NCBI GenBank assembly: GCA_964502565.1
Contig: CAZCXA010000001.1
Coordinates: 3,806 to 67,805, forward strand
Origin: an uncultured Pseudomonadales bacterium
GTDB taxonomy: Bacteria; Patescibacteriota; Microgenomatia; UBA1400; PJMF01
DNA: 64,000 nucleotides
Reading direction: 5' to 3'
The translations under genes were made by a program, and so were the position numbers. Positions 17,101 to 26,528 of the stretch are shown piece by piece; within the stretch, counting starts at the first letter, position 1; every line of letters begins with the position of its first letter. The notes beneath the pieces are model-generated. The model ran no database searches. It saw nothing but the letters and a program-made list of their open reading frames with translations, and had not been told where the DNA came from.

Positions 17101-17496
17101 GGGGATGTATTGCTTTGACGTAACAGCTCTTTAACAACTGCAGACCATCTTTGATCAAAAGATGTTAAACAGGATCAAAAAAACATCTGTCAACAAAATC
17201 GTTAACAGAATAGCACAAGGTGTCCAAAGTTTCTTTGGCACCACTGCTCCTGCTTACGCCTACGCGTAATTAGGCATCTATTAGTTTCTTCTCACTGATG
17301 AGAGCTGATAGGTGAAAACCCAGTCAGTGTGACAACTTACTTGCCTCATATTGCAAGTAAGTCTAAGACAAAAAAATATGGCTGTGAAAAAAAAGTTTGT
17401 TTGTTCACTTTTTTCACTTGCGCAAAAACAAACTATGTCTGTAGTGGTTGTTGACTAGTTAGTTAGCGGACAGGGGTTCATTACCCCTCATCTCCA
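17101..17496 (+). ncRNA. ssrA: tmRNA (SsrA), ~396 nt, tag ORF ending ...APAYAYA-UAA
   Basis: 5' GGGGAUGUAUUGCUUUGACG (compare E. coli GGGGCUGAUUCUGGAUUCGACGGG); 3' GGACAGGGGUUCAUUACCCCUCAUCUCCA (compare GGACGCGGGUUCAACUCCCGCCAGCUCCACCA); acceptor stem GGGGAUG/CAUCUCC contains the G3-U70 alanine identity pair; T-arm AGGGG-UUCAUUA-CCCCU; in-frame GCU CCU GCU UAC GCC UAC GCG UAA at 17246-17269. Confidence 0.85.
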
Positions 17497-17556
17497 CAAA
17501 TTATTACTCAGTTTAAGCCTGTTCTTCTTCTGTGTCCTCCGTGTTAAAATTGCATC

Positions 17557-18315
17557 ATGTCAATAGCTCTCCCTTTAAACACCCTCTTGCTGTCTGCTGG
17601 TTATGGCACTCGTCTTAAAAAAATAGGTGAGCGCACGCCTAAAGGCTTGTTTAAGAACAGCAAAAATATATCAATCACTGACATGATTATTGGCTCTTTG
17701 CAAAAAGTTCCACAAGTTGAAGATTGGGCTTTGGTCTCAAACAACCGTTTTTTTCATAACTATCAAGATTATTTTGCTCAAAACTACCCAGGATTAAAGA
17801 TCAAGATGCTCAATGATGGCACTGATGATCCTAAGGAGAGACTGGGCTCACTTGGGGATCTAGTTTTTGTCCTAAATAAATTAAGTTGGTGGGATAAATC
17901 AATCTTGGTTTTAGCCAGTGACCGTACTCCCGAGAACATCATTCCTCATCTAGTGAAGTTATATAATCAACATCCTGATTGTTTTATTACCTGTGTTACT
18001 CGCCAGAGCAAAAAAATGATCGCCAATCGTTATGGTTGCGCTCAACTTGGTCAAGATCAAAAAATCTTAAGTTTTGAAGAAAAGCCAGCTCAGCCAAAAA
18101 GCAATTATCAAGCTATTCCATTTTATATTTTTCCACAAAAATCCTTAAGTTTGCTTAAAAAATATTATCAAGCCGGTAAAAATATGGACTCGCCAGGTAA
18201 TATCATCCCCTGGCTTTTGCAACACAACTTTCCGGTTTATGCTCACATCACTCAAAAAACCTCGATCGATATTGGGAACTTAGAGGATTTAAAAAAATTT
18301 AAAAGCGCAAGATAG
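17557..18315 (+). CDS. Sugar-phosphate nucleotidyltransferase (NTP_transferase family)
   Basis: N-terminal LSAGYGTRL (G-x-G-T-R-L) signature of sugar-1-phosphate nucleotidyltransferases. Confidence 0.7.
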   Translation: MSIALPLNTLLLSAGYGTRLKKIGERTPKGLFKNSKNISITDMIIGSLQKVPQVEDWALVSNNRFFHNYQDYFAQNYPGLKIKMLNDGTDDPKERLGSLGDLVFVLNKLSWWDKSILVLASDRTPENIIPHLVKLYNQHPDCFITCVTRQSKKMIANRYGCAQLGQDQKILSFEEKPAQPKSNYQAIPFYIFPQKSLSLLKKYYQAGKNMDSPGNIIPWLLQHNFPVYAHITQKTSIDIGNLEDLKKFKSAR

Positions 18316-18329
18316 CTGGAAAAAAATCC

Positions 18330-20501
18330 TTATTCCTCGTCAGCCTTTGCTTGAGCTAAATAGGCTTGAACCTTCTCCTTGATCACCTCTCTTGGCTTAC
18401 TGCCTTCTGGCGGACCAATTAACCCAGCCTCATGCATATTATCCAAGATCCTGGCGGCGCGATTATAACCAATACTCAAACGTCTTTGTAGTAATGATGC
18501 TGAAGCCTTGCCCCGATTGTTAAAAACCTGAACCGCTTGATCAAACAGTTCATCTTTTGCCTCGTTTTGATCTGCGCCTTCAAAATCAATCACTTGATTA
18601 GTTTTATATTTACTGGTGACATCATCCTCATACTGAGGTAGTTGACCATGAGATTTTAAATAATCTATCAAGGCTTTGGTTTCTTTAGGAGAGACAAAAG
18701 TGCCCTGAATACGAATCGGTTTAGCGCGATCAGGAGCCTGATATAACATATCACCTCGACCTAGTAATTTTTCCGCCCCTGCCGAGTCTAGGATCACACG
18801 CGAGTCAATTAATGAGTTAACTTGAAAAGCGATTCGAGCAGGAATGTTAGCCTTGATTAATCCAGTAATCACATCTACAGAAGGTCGCTGAGTAGACAAT
18901 ATCAAATGAATGCCCACTGCTCGAGCCATCTGTGCGATACGGGTCACTGAAGCCTCGACATCTCCAGGAGCAAACATCATGATATCAGCCATCTCATCAA
19001 TCACGATCATTAAGTTTGGCATGGCAGACAAACCAGCGAGCTCGTTGTAGGCCTCAATATCTTTCACCCCTACCTCCTGTAGCAGTTTGTAACGCTTTTC
19101 CATTAAGCTCTCGGTCCATTTTAAAGCAGAGATCACTTTTTTCGGTTCCACAATCACTGGCGTAATTAAATGTGGAATATCTTGATATTGAGTTAGCTCC
19201 ACTCGCTTTGGATCCACCAAGATTAGGTTTAACTCAGATGGGCTGGCCCTGAACAATAATGAGCTTAAGAAATTATTAATACAGATAGACTTACCAGATC
19301 CGGTTGAGCCAGCAATCAGCAGATGAGGCATCTTGGAGATATCAGCGATTACTGAGTTGCCTGCAACATCAATCCCCAACCCGACCGCTAACTTTGAAGG
19401 ATGCTTTTTTAAAACACTGGAACCTAAAATTTCACGCAAGGTCACAAACTCGAACGAGCGGTTTGGCACTTCAATACCCACCAAAGAACGGCCAGCAATC
19501 GGCGCCTCGATACGAATTTGCCCAGTAGGTGCTGCTAAAGCCATTGCTAAATCAGTAGATAAGCTGGTAATTCTTGATAGTTTAGTGCCACGAGCGACCT
19601 CTAAAGCATATTGGGTGACCGAAGGTCCGAAGTTTACTTCTTTAACAAAAGCTTGAATACCAAATGACTCTAAGGTGCCCTCAATAATATCCGCATTCTG
19701 ATTAACATCGCCCCGATCAGCCTCTCCACCCTTTGTTTCAGATAGTAAAGACAGGGGTGGATAATCCCACACCAATGGTAAGTTGCTCGGAGTCAATAAA
19801 TCTTGACCATCTTTTAACTCATCTTTAGAACTGGATTTTTGTTCAGATGATTGAGCCAATGCTTGCCCAGATACTACCGCGGTGCCGGTCTGGTCATCAC
19901 CTACTCCCTGCTCTTTTAAGTTAACCTGTTTAACCGTAAGTTGTTTCTCTTTCTTGCCTAGTGATAATCTTTTAAACAAGCTTAATTTTTCTTTTTGCTT
20001 CTCAACCTTTTTATTAAGCTTTTTATCTTTGAGCTGATCAAGCCATTTATTGATTGCGTTCGCTAGCTCTACTAAGGAAGACTGCAAAGCAATTAAGATA
20101 GAGGCAATCATCAGTCCCACAGCAGTCACATAAGTGCCAACCGGACTTAACAAACGGGCAATATTAAAAAAAGTTTGCTGACCGATCTCGCCTGTTTGCA
20201 AGGCAATATTAAAGGCCATGGAAAAAATCAGCACACCAAGCAACACGTTTGGCTCAGCCCACTTCCATTTGGTTTGGAGCATTACCAAACCTGAAGAAAT
20301 AAAGATTAAAGGCAAGAATAGCAAACTTAAGCCAAGTTTAAGAGTTAAAAAAGAGTAGATACTTTGTAGGACAACGCCCTGACCAGTGAAAGAGATTGCG
20401 ATCAACACCCCAACCAAGATTAAAAAAATTGACACGATTGAATGGAGTGTGTTGGCCTCAATCTTAAGTTTAATTGGTTTAGACTTTTTGCGTCTACCCA
20501 T
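18330..20501 (-). CDS. ftsK: DNA translocase FtsK/SpoIIIE
   Basis: N-terminal 4 TM helices, linker, then FtsK motor with Walker A GSTGSGKS and gamma winged-helix C-terminus. Confidence 0.9.
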   Translation of the reverse strand: MGRRKKSKPIKLKIEANTLHSIVSIFLILVGVLIAISFTGQGVVLQSIYSFLTLKLGLSLLFLPLIFISSGLVMLQTKWKWAEPNVLLGVLIFSMAFNIALQTGEIGQQTFFNIARLLSPVGTYVTAVGLMIASILIALQSSLVELANAINKWLDQLKDKKLNKKVEKQKEKLSLFKRLSLGKKEKQLTVKQVNLKEQGVGDDQTGTAVVSGQALAQSSEQKSSSKDELKDGQDLLTPSNLPLVWDYPPLSLLSETKGGEADRGDVNQNADIIEGTLESFGIQAFVKEVNFGPSVTQYALEVARGTKLSRITSLSTDLAMALAAPTGQIRIEAPIAGRSLVGIEVPNRSFEFVTLREILGSSVLKKHPSKLAVGLGIDVAGNSVIADISKMPHLLIAGSTGSGKSICINNFLSSLLFRASPSELNLILVDPKRVELTQYQDIPHLITPVIVEPKKVISALKWTESLMEKRYKLLQEVGVKDIEAYNELAGLSAMPNLMIVIDEMADIMMFAPGDVEASVTRIAQMARAVGIHLILSTQRPSVDVITGLIKANIPARIAFQVNSLIDSRVILDSAGAEKLLGRGDMLYQAPDRAKPIRIQGTFVSPKETKALIDYLKSHGQLPQYEDDVTSKYKTNQVIDFEGADQNEAKDELFDQAVQVFNNRGKASASLLQRRLSIGYNRAARILDNMHEAGLIGPPEGSKPREVIKEKVQAYLAQAKADEE

Positions 20502-20586
20502 AAGAATGTAATAAATGTATCCTATAATAATTATAGGGTAAATACTTATTTTCGCAAGACTACTTCACCAACCATCAACAATACAT

Positions 20587-22242
20587 TTAATCTAAAAATA
20601 CTGGAATAACAATTGGCTCTCTTTGAATAGTCCTGTATAGTTTCTTTTTTAGTTCTTTTTCTACTTTTTTTCTTAAATCATGATCTTTTAATTCTGGGTT
20701 TTCTTTAATCGCGTCAACAGTAATCTCTTTAATAAACTTGATCACTTCATCAGCCTGTTTCATAAAAACAAAACCTCGGGAAATAACCTCTATTTTACCC
20801 AATTGAAAACAGCCCTGGTCTCTTGGTATTACTACCACCACCATACCAGCCTCACTTAAGGCCAAACGGTCTGAAAGCACAACCGGACCTACATCACCAA
20901 TGCCCAAGCCGTCAATTATCTTTGGATTTAACTTAATCTGTTGCTCGATTTTCCAGTTCTTGTTAAAAAAAGATACAATCTCTCCAGTCTGAGGAATTAT
21001 GATCTGTTCATCACTATACCCAAGTTTGTGAGCCACTCTGGTACGGAACAGTTCTCGATGTCGATCAGCGCCTCCGATAGGCATCACAAATCTTGGTTTA
21101 GCCAAAGACAACATCTCTTGCTGTTCCGCAGCGCTGGCATGACCGGTTTGATGAATGTTGGGAGATAGCGTTGGGTAAACCACTTGAATTCGATTTTTAC
21201 TCAGTTCATCAATGGCTCGATAATAAGGAACCTCATTGCCGGGAATAGCATCTGCTGAAAAAACAACCTTGTCTGTGCCGTTTATCTGAATTAAGCTGTG
21301 TTCTCCAAAAACAGCTCTTACTAATGACGAACCTTCTTGACCCTGACTACCGGCGATGACCACGGTTAACTCATGATCTTGGTAGTTACTTAGGTTTTTC
21401 TTGTTAACTAAAACTTTTAAAGGCACCCGAAGCTTGCCTAGCTGTTGAGCTGTTTTAACACTTTGCTCCACACTGCGACCGATAAAACAGACTTTACGAT
21501 TATTTTTTACAGATATGTCTATCACTTGTTGAATCCTGTGCAAGTGCGAGCTCATTAAAGTCACTACAAACTTACCTTTGACTCCATGAATTTCTTTTTC
21601 AATAGCTGGCCCGGTGGTAGATTCTGACTTACTCCATTCCTCCCTTTCCACTCTTAAACAGTCTAGCAACATCAACAAAATACCTTTTTTGCCCGCCTGC
21701 TCAACTGCATCTAAGTCGGTTAAGACTCCATCGATTGGATGCTGATCAAGTTTAAAATCAGAGCCATAATAGATCACTCCCTCAGGTGTATCAATCAAGA
21801 TATGCTTGGCATCAGGTACTGAATGAGTCACCGCCAGCGGAGTGATAGCAAAGTGCTGTCCAAGTTTAATCTGTTGATGATCCTGAATCACCTCAACCTT
21901 GTTGCTCAACCCTCCATCTTTAATTCTATTCTGCGCAAAGCCAGCTGTTAAACTCGAGCCATAAATAGGAAAATCTGGTAACTCTGGCAAAAAATAAGGT
22001 AATGCTGCGATGTGGTCATCGTGACCATGACTAAAGACTAACCCCACAATCTTCTTACCTTGTTTTAACTCAGAGAGTAAATAACTAATATCAGGAATAA
22101 TAACATCAGCTCCCGGCATATATAAATCAGGAAAACCGATCCCGCAATCAGCGATTAAAATTTCTTGATCATACTGAAAAAGAAACATGTTTTGGGTAAC
22201 TTCACCCATTCCACCCAAAGGTACAATTTTTAGTTTGTTCAT
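20587..22242 (-). CDS. rnj: Ribonuclease J (metallo-beta-lactamase / beta-CASP)
   Basis: HGHDDH motif (VFSHGHDDHIAALP), beta-CASP region and C-terminal domain; 551 aa. Confidence 0.9.
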   Translation of the reverse strand: MNKLKIVPLGGMGEVTQNMFLFQYDQEILIADCGIGFPDLYMPGADVIIPDISYLLSELKQGKKIVGLVFSHGHDDHIAALPYFLPELPDFPIYGSSLTAGFAQNRIKDGGLSNKVEVIQDHQQIKLGQHFAITPLAVTHSVPDAKHILIDTPEGVIYYGSDFKLDQHPIDGVLTDLDAVEQAGKKGILLMLLDCLRVEREEWSKSESTTGPAIEKEIHGVKGKFVVTLMSSHLHRIQQVIDISVKNNRKVCFIGRSVEQSVKTAQQLGKLRVPLKVLVNKKNLSNYQDHELTVVIAGSQGQEGSSLVRAVFGEHSLIQINGTDKVVFSADAIPGNEVPYYRAIDELSKNRIQVVYPTLSPNIHQTGHASAAEQQEMLSLAKPRFVMPIGGADRHRELFRTRVAHKLGYSDEQIIIPQTGEIVSFFNKNWKIEQQIKLNPKIIDGLGIGDVGPVVLSDRLALSEAGMVVVVIPRDQGCFQLGKIEVISRGFVFMKQADEVIKFIKEITVDAIKENPELKDHDLRKKVEKELKKKLYRTIQREPIVIPVFLD

Positions 22243-22364
22243 AATATTACTTGTTTGATACTTAATCCTATACCTTGAAAGATAAAATCCTTACTTTGAT
22301 AGATAAAAACCTTATATATTGATTGATAGGAACTTTATATATTGATAGATAAAAACCTTTATCT

Positions 22365-24200
22365 CTAATGTATTTCTGATCTTCTATCTCTTAAAAAAGA
22401 CCGCCAGTCTTCAACTAAACCCACGATTACGGAAAACGGGGCGTCAACCAAGGCTGTGAAAAAAACGCTGACAATATTATATTCTTTCCATTTAGCTGAG
22501 AGCCACTGCCCAACCTGAGCCAAAGGCAGATAAAAGAAATCAACCATCATGGTTAAAATACCCCCACTCTCTTGAATAGTCAGCTCTTGTGCTTTATGTC
22601 TAATAACCATGGCAGCAGAAACCACCATGGCCACGTTTACAACATCAACATAAATTGATGTCCAGGGCACTCCAGCTACTTTAAATACTAAGTAAACTGC
22701 ATAAGCTCCGACCAAGCCTCCAAACAAACTTATAAGACTAAAGATAAAGTCTAAAAACCAGTTTCTTTTTTTAACCAGGTTAATCTCAAACTCATCTTTT
22801 TCATCACTCTTTAAGATAACCTTCAGAATCTCCTCTTTAACTCTGCCAAGATTTTCTTTTTTTGGAGGCTGAATCGTGATAACTAAGACAAACATTAATG
22901 AGGACGGGATCGCGAGGTCAATAAATAAAGCAAACAGGCTAAAACCTTCTCCAACAAACTCTGCCACCGGACCCTCAAAAATAATAAAACTCACTACGCC
23001 CGCAACAAAGATTGATAAAGTTGAATAAACTGCTGACCGATAAAGCCTGCTTTTTAAAGTTGATAAACGACGGTTGTAAGCCAGAGTAATAGTCTCAAAC
23101 AACTGTTTTTTATCCTTAAGTTTTGGCTCGATTGATTCTGGATCTTCTTCTAACTCCTTAACAACATCGCCAAATATTAAAAAAGCTGCATCTTGTCTTT
23201 CGCAAATCTTAAAAAACTCTTTACCATACTTATGTTCTAGATCTGAACTGATCTGCTTTTGAACTTGATCGATATTTTCCGCAAAATTTTTTACAAACTC
23301 CTGATCATCCTCAAACCACTGAGGATAATGATATTTAATAAGATTGTAACTGATGATTGGGGAGTCAAGTGAAAATAATGCACGATGTGCCGCGACATAT
23401 GTTTGAACTAAAACCTCCTCATCAGACATAAAATTTTTCGGCGTAACCTTTAAACTGTTGTAAATTGAAAAAGTCATAAAATTAATCAGGGCGTTTTCCT
23501 TAAAAGCCGGTTCTAAAATCTCCTCGATTTCACAGGCTGCAATTTCGAGAATCCAGTTATAAAAATTAACCTTTTCTTTTAGATTAGCCTTGCGTTTTTT
23601 TCGCTCGCTCTTGTTTAAATCAGATGTAATCTCAGACAGATAACGCTTGCCTGAAAATGGTGAGTTGTTAATTATGTAAATATATTTTGCCAAGCTTTGT
23701 TTTGCGAGCGGAATCTTGTTTTTTGAGATCTGTTTGTTGGAAAAATAACCACTTCTAACCATTTCCTGCACTAAGGGCCCGGTGATTATTTCTGCATCTA
23801 AAGAACTCTGACCAATGCCTGATATTTCTGAAAGCAAGGTTCTTTTTAAGATCCTCTCAATAGCAGAGCGACGAATTAAGTTTTCTTCTTTCCAATCAAT
23901 AACTCTTCGAACCTTTTCATATACTTTTGCTAACTTCGCAGCAAACTCATCACTTTCTATTGGAGAAACCACCGGCTTTTGTTGATACAAAATACCTTGA
24001 ACATAATCTAATAAAAATTGATTGGTTAAATCGTTAAGTTCATATTGAGAAGACAGCTCAACTTGATTAAGGATTGATTTCGACATAATAGGAGACGAAC
24101 TAGACTTAGCCTGGTTTTCTTGGCTTGATTGTTCTACTGACTGATCTGTCTCATTATTAAGTTGGTCTGAACTTGAAACATTAGTCTGAGTTTGAGTCAT
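22365..24200 (-). CDS. Hypothetical 611-aa protein: ~380-aa cytoplasmic N-domain + C-terminal multi-TM region
   Basis: No family recognised by eye; Ser/Gln/Glu-rich N-terminus; at least four hydrophobic helices in last 230 aa. Confidence 0.5.
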   Translation of the reverse strand: MTQTQTNVSSSDQLNNETDQSVEQSSQENQAKSSSSPIMSKSILNQVELSSQYELNDLTNQFLLDYVQGILYQQKPVVSPIESDEFAAKLAKVYEKVRRVIDWKEENLIRRSAIERILKRTLLSEISGIGQSSLDAEIITGPLVQEMVRSGYFSNKQISKNKIPLAKQSLAKYIYIINNSPFSGKRYLSEITSDLNKSERKKRKANLKEKVNFYNWILEIAACEIEEILEPAFKENALINFMTFSIYNSLKVTPKNFMSDEEVLVQTYVAAHRALFSLDSPIISYNLIKYHYPQWFEDDQEFVKNFAENIDQVQKQISSDLEHKYGKEFFKICERQDAAFLIFGDVVKELEEDPESIEPKLKDKKQLFETITLAYNRRLSTLKSRLYRSAVYSTLSIFVAGVVSFIIFEGPVAEFVGEGFSLFALFIDLAIPSSLMFVLVITIQPPKKENLGRVKEEILKVILKSDEKDEFEINLVKKRNWFLDFIFSLISLFGGLVGAYAVYLVFKVAGVPWTSIYVDVVNVAMVVSAAMVIRHKAQELTIQESGGILTMMVDFFYLPLAQVGQWLSAKWKEYNIVSVFFTALVDAPFSVIVGLVEDWRSFLRDRRSEIH

Positions 24201-24301
24201 AAAATCATATTATATAGGAATCAGAGGAAAAAGTTATCTACTTCATAAATAATGAAGCCGAGGTAAAGATGAACTACTTTAACTACTAACTGTTAATAAC
24301 T

Positions 24302-25369
24302 CTAATATTTGGGTAAAAATATTTCCCTATTTTCTCGAGTAATAATCACTTTATTAAAACCTCTTTCCACGATAATTCTAGCTGCTTTGCGTACTGCTCC
24401 TTGCAAGGTTCTTTGCAAGGTTCTAATGCCAGCATCAAAACCCAAAGGTCTAATGACATTTGGCCAGACATCTGCCTTAATAATAAGCTGCCCAGGTTTT
24501 AGCCCGGCTTGTTTTAATAAATCTGGTAAAACATATTTTTGAGCTATCACTAACTTTTCATGATCTGTGTACGAAGGCATATCAATCCTTTCCACACGAT
24601 CTAACACGGCTGTTGGCAATCTGACCGTGTTGTTAGCAGTGGCCAGAAAAATTGCCTTACTTAAGTTAACTGGATAGTCAATATATGAATCGGTAAACGC
24701 ATGATTTTGGGCTGGATCTAACAACTCAATCAGTACACCCATTATCTCCTGGTTAGCCTCATCACTAGCACGATCAACCTCATCCAATAAAACAACAGGA
24801 TTTTCAACATGTGACTCGCATAATCCTTTTATAACCCTACCTGGTTCACTACCTAAAACTAGCCTGGAACTACCACGTATTTCTTTAGCTGAACCCATGC
24901 CTCCAAACGGAATACGCACCAACGGTCTGTTTAGAGCCTCAGCTAGAGCATAACCAAAAGTAGTCTTACCAGTACCAACTAAACCGACCAGCAACAAGAT
25001 TGGTGCACTAAAATCTTCTTGCTGAAAATTTTGTTGTCTTAACTTTAAAACAGAGATATATTCCAAGAACCGATTTTTAATCTCCTCCATCCCATAATGG
25101 TGTTTGTCAAAAATACTCTTTGCTTCTTTAATATCAAGTCTGTCAATTGCTTTTTCTCCCCATGGCAAGCGCAAAACCCAATCAATATACTTGCTAACCG
25201 TTTCATATTTCACATCATAACTGCCCAGTTCTACACTACGTTTTAAAGCAATAATATCTTTTTTTACCTTACGCCTTAACTCGTCAGGCATCTTGGCGTT
25301 CTCTGCTTTTTTTTGCAGTTCCTCGATCTCATCCTGAAGAACTTGTTGATAATTGTTGGCTTGAGTCAT
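24302..25369 (-). CDS. LonA-type AAA+ ATPase module without N-terminal LON domain and without protease domain
   Basis: Aligns by eye to E. coli Lon ~res 230-590: coiled-coil LRLPWGEK...LDIKEAKSIFDKHHYGMEEIKNRFLEYISV, Walker A LVGLVGTGKTT, Walker B VVLLDEVDR, sensor-1 FLATANN, LDRVERI; ORF ends where the Lon protease domain (S-K dyad) would start. Confidence 0.75.
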   Translation of the reverse strand: MTQANNYQQVLQDEIEELQKKAENAKMPDELRRKVKKDIIALKRSVELGSYDVKYETVSKYIDWVLRLPWGEKAIDRLDIKEAKSIFDKHHYGMEEIKNRFLEYISVLKLRQQNFQQEDFSAPILLLVGLVGTGKTTFGYALAEALNRPLVRIPFGGMGSAKEIRGSSRLVLGSEPGRVIKGLCESHVENPVVLLDEVDRASDEANQEIMGVLIELLDPAQNHAFTDSYIDYPVNLSKAIFLATANNTVRLPTAVLDRVERIDMPSYTDHEKLVIAQKYVLPDLLKQAGLKPGQLIIKADVWPNVIRPLGFDAGIRTLQRTLQGAVRKAARIIVERGFNKVIITRENREIFLPKY

Positions 25370-26298
25370 AAGTTTGGTTGGGCCAAATCTTCCTTGGTAA
25401 GTAAACCTGTTTTAGCTCCATAATACTTGATAACCGAGGCTGCATTTTTTGCACCAATTTCAGCTGATTCTTTTATTGATTTTTCCCACAAGATACCAGC
25501 TACAAAACCGGTAGCAAAAGCGTCTCCAGCTCCAGTCGCATCAATTGGCAGACCACCTAAAGCCGGAAAGTGCAAAACATGTTCATTATTATAATAAACA
25601 TCACCCCCTCTTTTACCAGCAGTAACCACCACATATCTAAAACTTTGCAAAACCTCTCCCTGGACATTAGCTATCATTGACCATTCCTCGGTATTAACAA
25701 AAAATACTTCACACGAAATTGTTTTGACTGATAATTGACGATTAGACAACAAAGCTAGCTCTTTTTTCCCTGGGTTCCAGGACAAATTAGCATAATTATT
25801 TCTGCCAACGTATTGAAAAATTTTTTCTAGAGTATCCTGATTACCGCCGATGCTGGTTAAATGAACCCATTGAGCTTGAGAAAGCCAATAAGCCGAGATG
25901 TCAAAAGGGTCAAGCATACCAGCTGCGCCACGATGAACAAGGACCGAGCGTTCACCTTCAGGACAGATCAAGATAACTGATCCACCAGTTTGCTCTTTTT
26001 TTTCTTCGATAATTAGGTTGGTGGCCACGCCATTCTTTTTTAAATCAGATTTAACCAGCTCTGAAAAACTGTCTCTGCCGGTTTCACAAACCACGCTGGT
26101 TTGGAAACCTAACCTAGAAAAACCAACTGCTGTATTGCCACCCCCGCCTCCAGTAAAAACATTAAAACTATCGATCTCAAGTTTGCCACCATAGGTATGG
26201 CAAAGCATTACATCAGAATCAACTTCTTTCACTCGAAACTTATGAGTATGAAGAAAGATGTCAATTAAAGCCGAGCCGATAGATATTATTTGGTGCAT
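25366..26298 (-). CDS. PfkB-family carbohydrate/nucleoside kinase (ribokinase-like)
   Basis: GG di-Gly N-terminal motif (FTGGGGGNTAVGFSRLG) and C-terminal DATGAGDAF anion hole motif; ATGA overlap with downstream Lon-like gene. Confidence 0.8.
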   Translation of the reverse strand: MHQIISIGSALIDIFLHTHKFRVKEVDSDVMLCHTYGGKLEIDSFNVFTGGGGGNTAVGFSRLGFQTSVVCETGRDSFSELVKSDLKKNGVATNLIIEEKKEQTGGSVILICPEGERSVLVHRGAAGMLDPFDISAYWLSQAQWVHLTSIGGNQDTLEKIFQYVGRNNYANLSWNPGKKELALLSNRQLSVKTISCEVFFVNTEEWSMIANVQGEVLQSFRYVVVTAGKRGGDVYYNNEHVLHFPALGGLPIDATGAGDAFATGFVAGILWEKSIKESAEIGAKNAASVIKYYGAKTGLLTKEDLAQPNL

Positions 26299-26528
26299 TT
26301 GATTTGGAGTGTTTGGTATGAAGTGTTTGATACTTGATATGGGTATTAGGTATGATGGGGAGATTCTGCATCTTTGTCATACCTAGAACACTGCCTTGGT
26401 TAATATAAGACTAAGCATCTTAATTAAATCATGAAATGCTTGTCGACTAAACCATAACTTAAAGATAATAAGTATATCAAACACCTTATTTCAAAGGGGG
26501 AAGGATTGTTAAAAATATGGAAAGTTGT

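Noticed and set aside
17290-17330. CUGAUGAG…GAAA hammerhead-ribozyme-like core (cactgatgagagctgataggtgaaaac)
   Set aside because: Stem II between CUGAUGA and GAAA is not self-complementary, and the segment lies inside the tmRNA identified at 17101-17496, so the match is coincidental.
17379-17459. 26-aa ORF MAVKKKFVCSLFSLAQKQTMSVVVVD in the ORF-free gap
   Set aside because: Falls entirely within the tmRNA body (pseudoknot region), with no SD, so it is most likely not a peptide gene.
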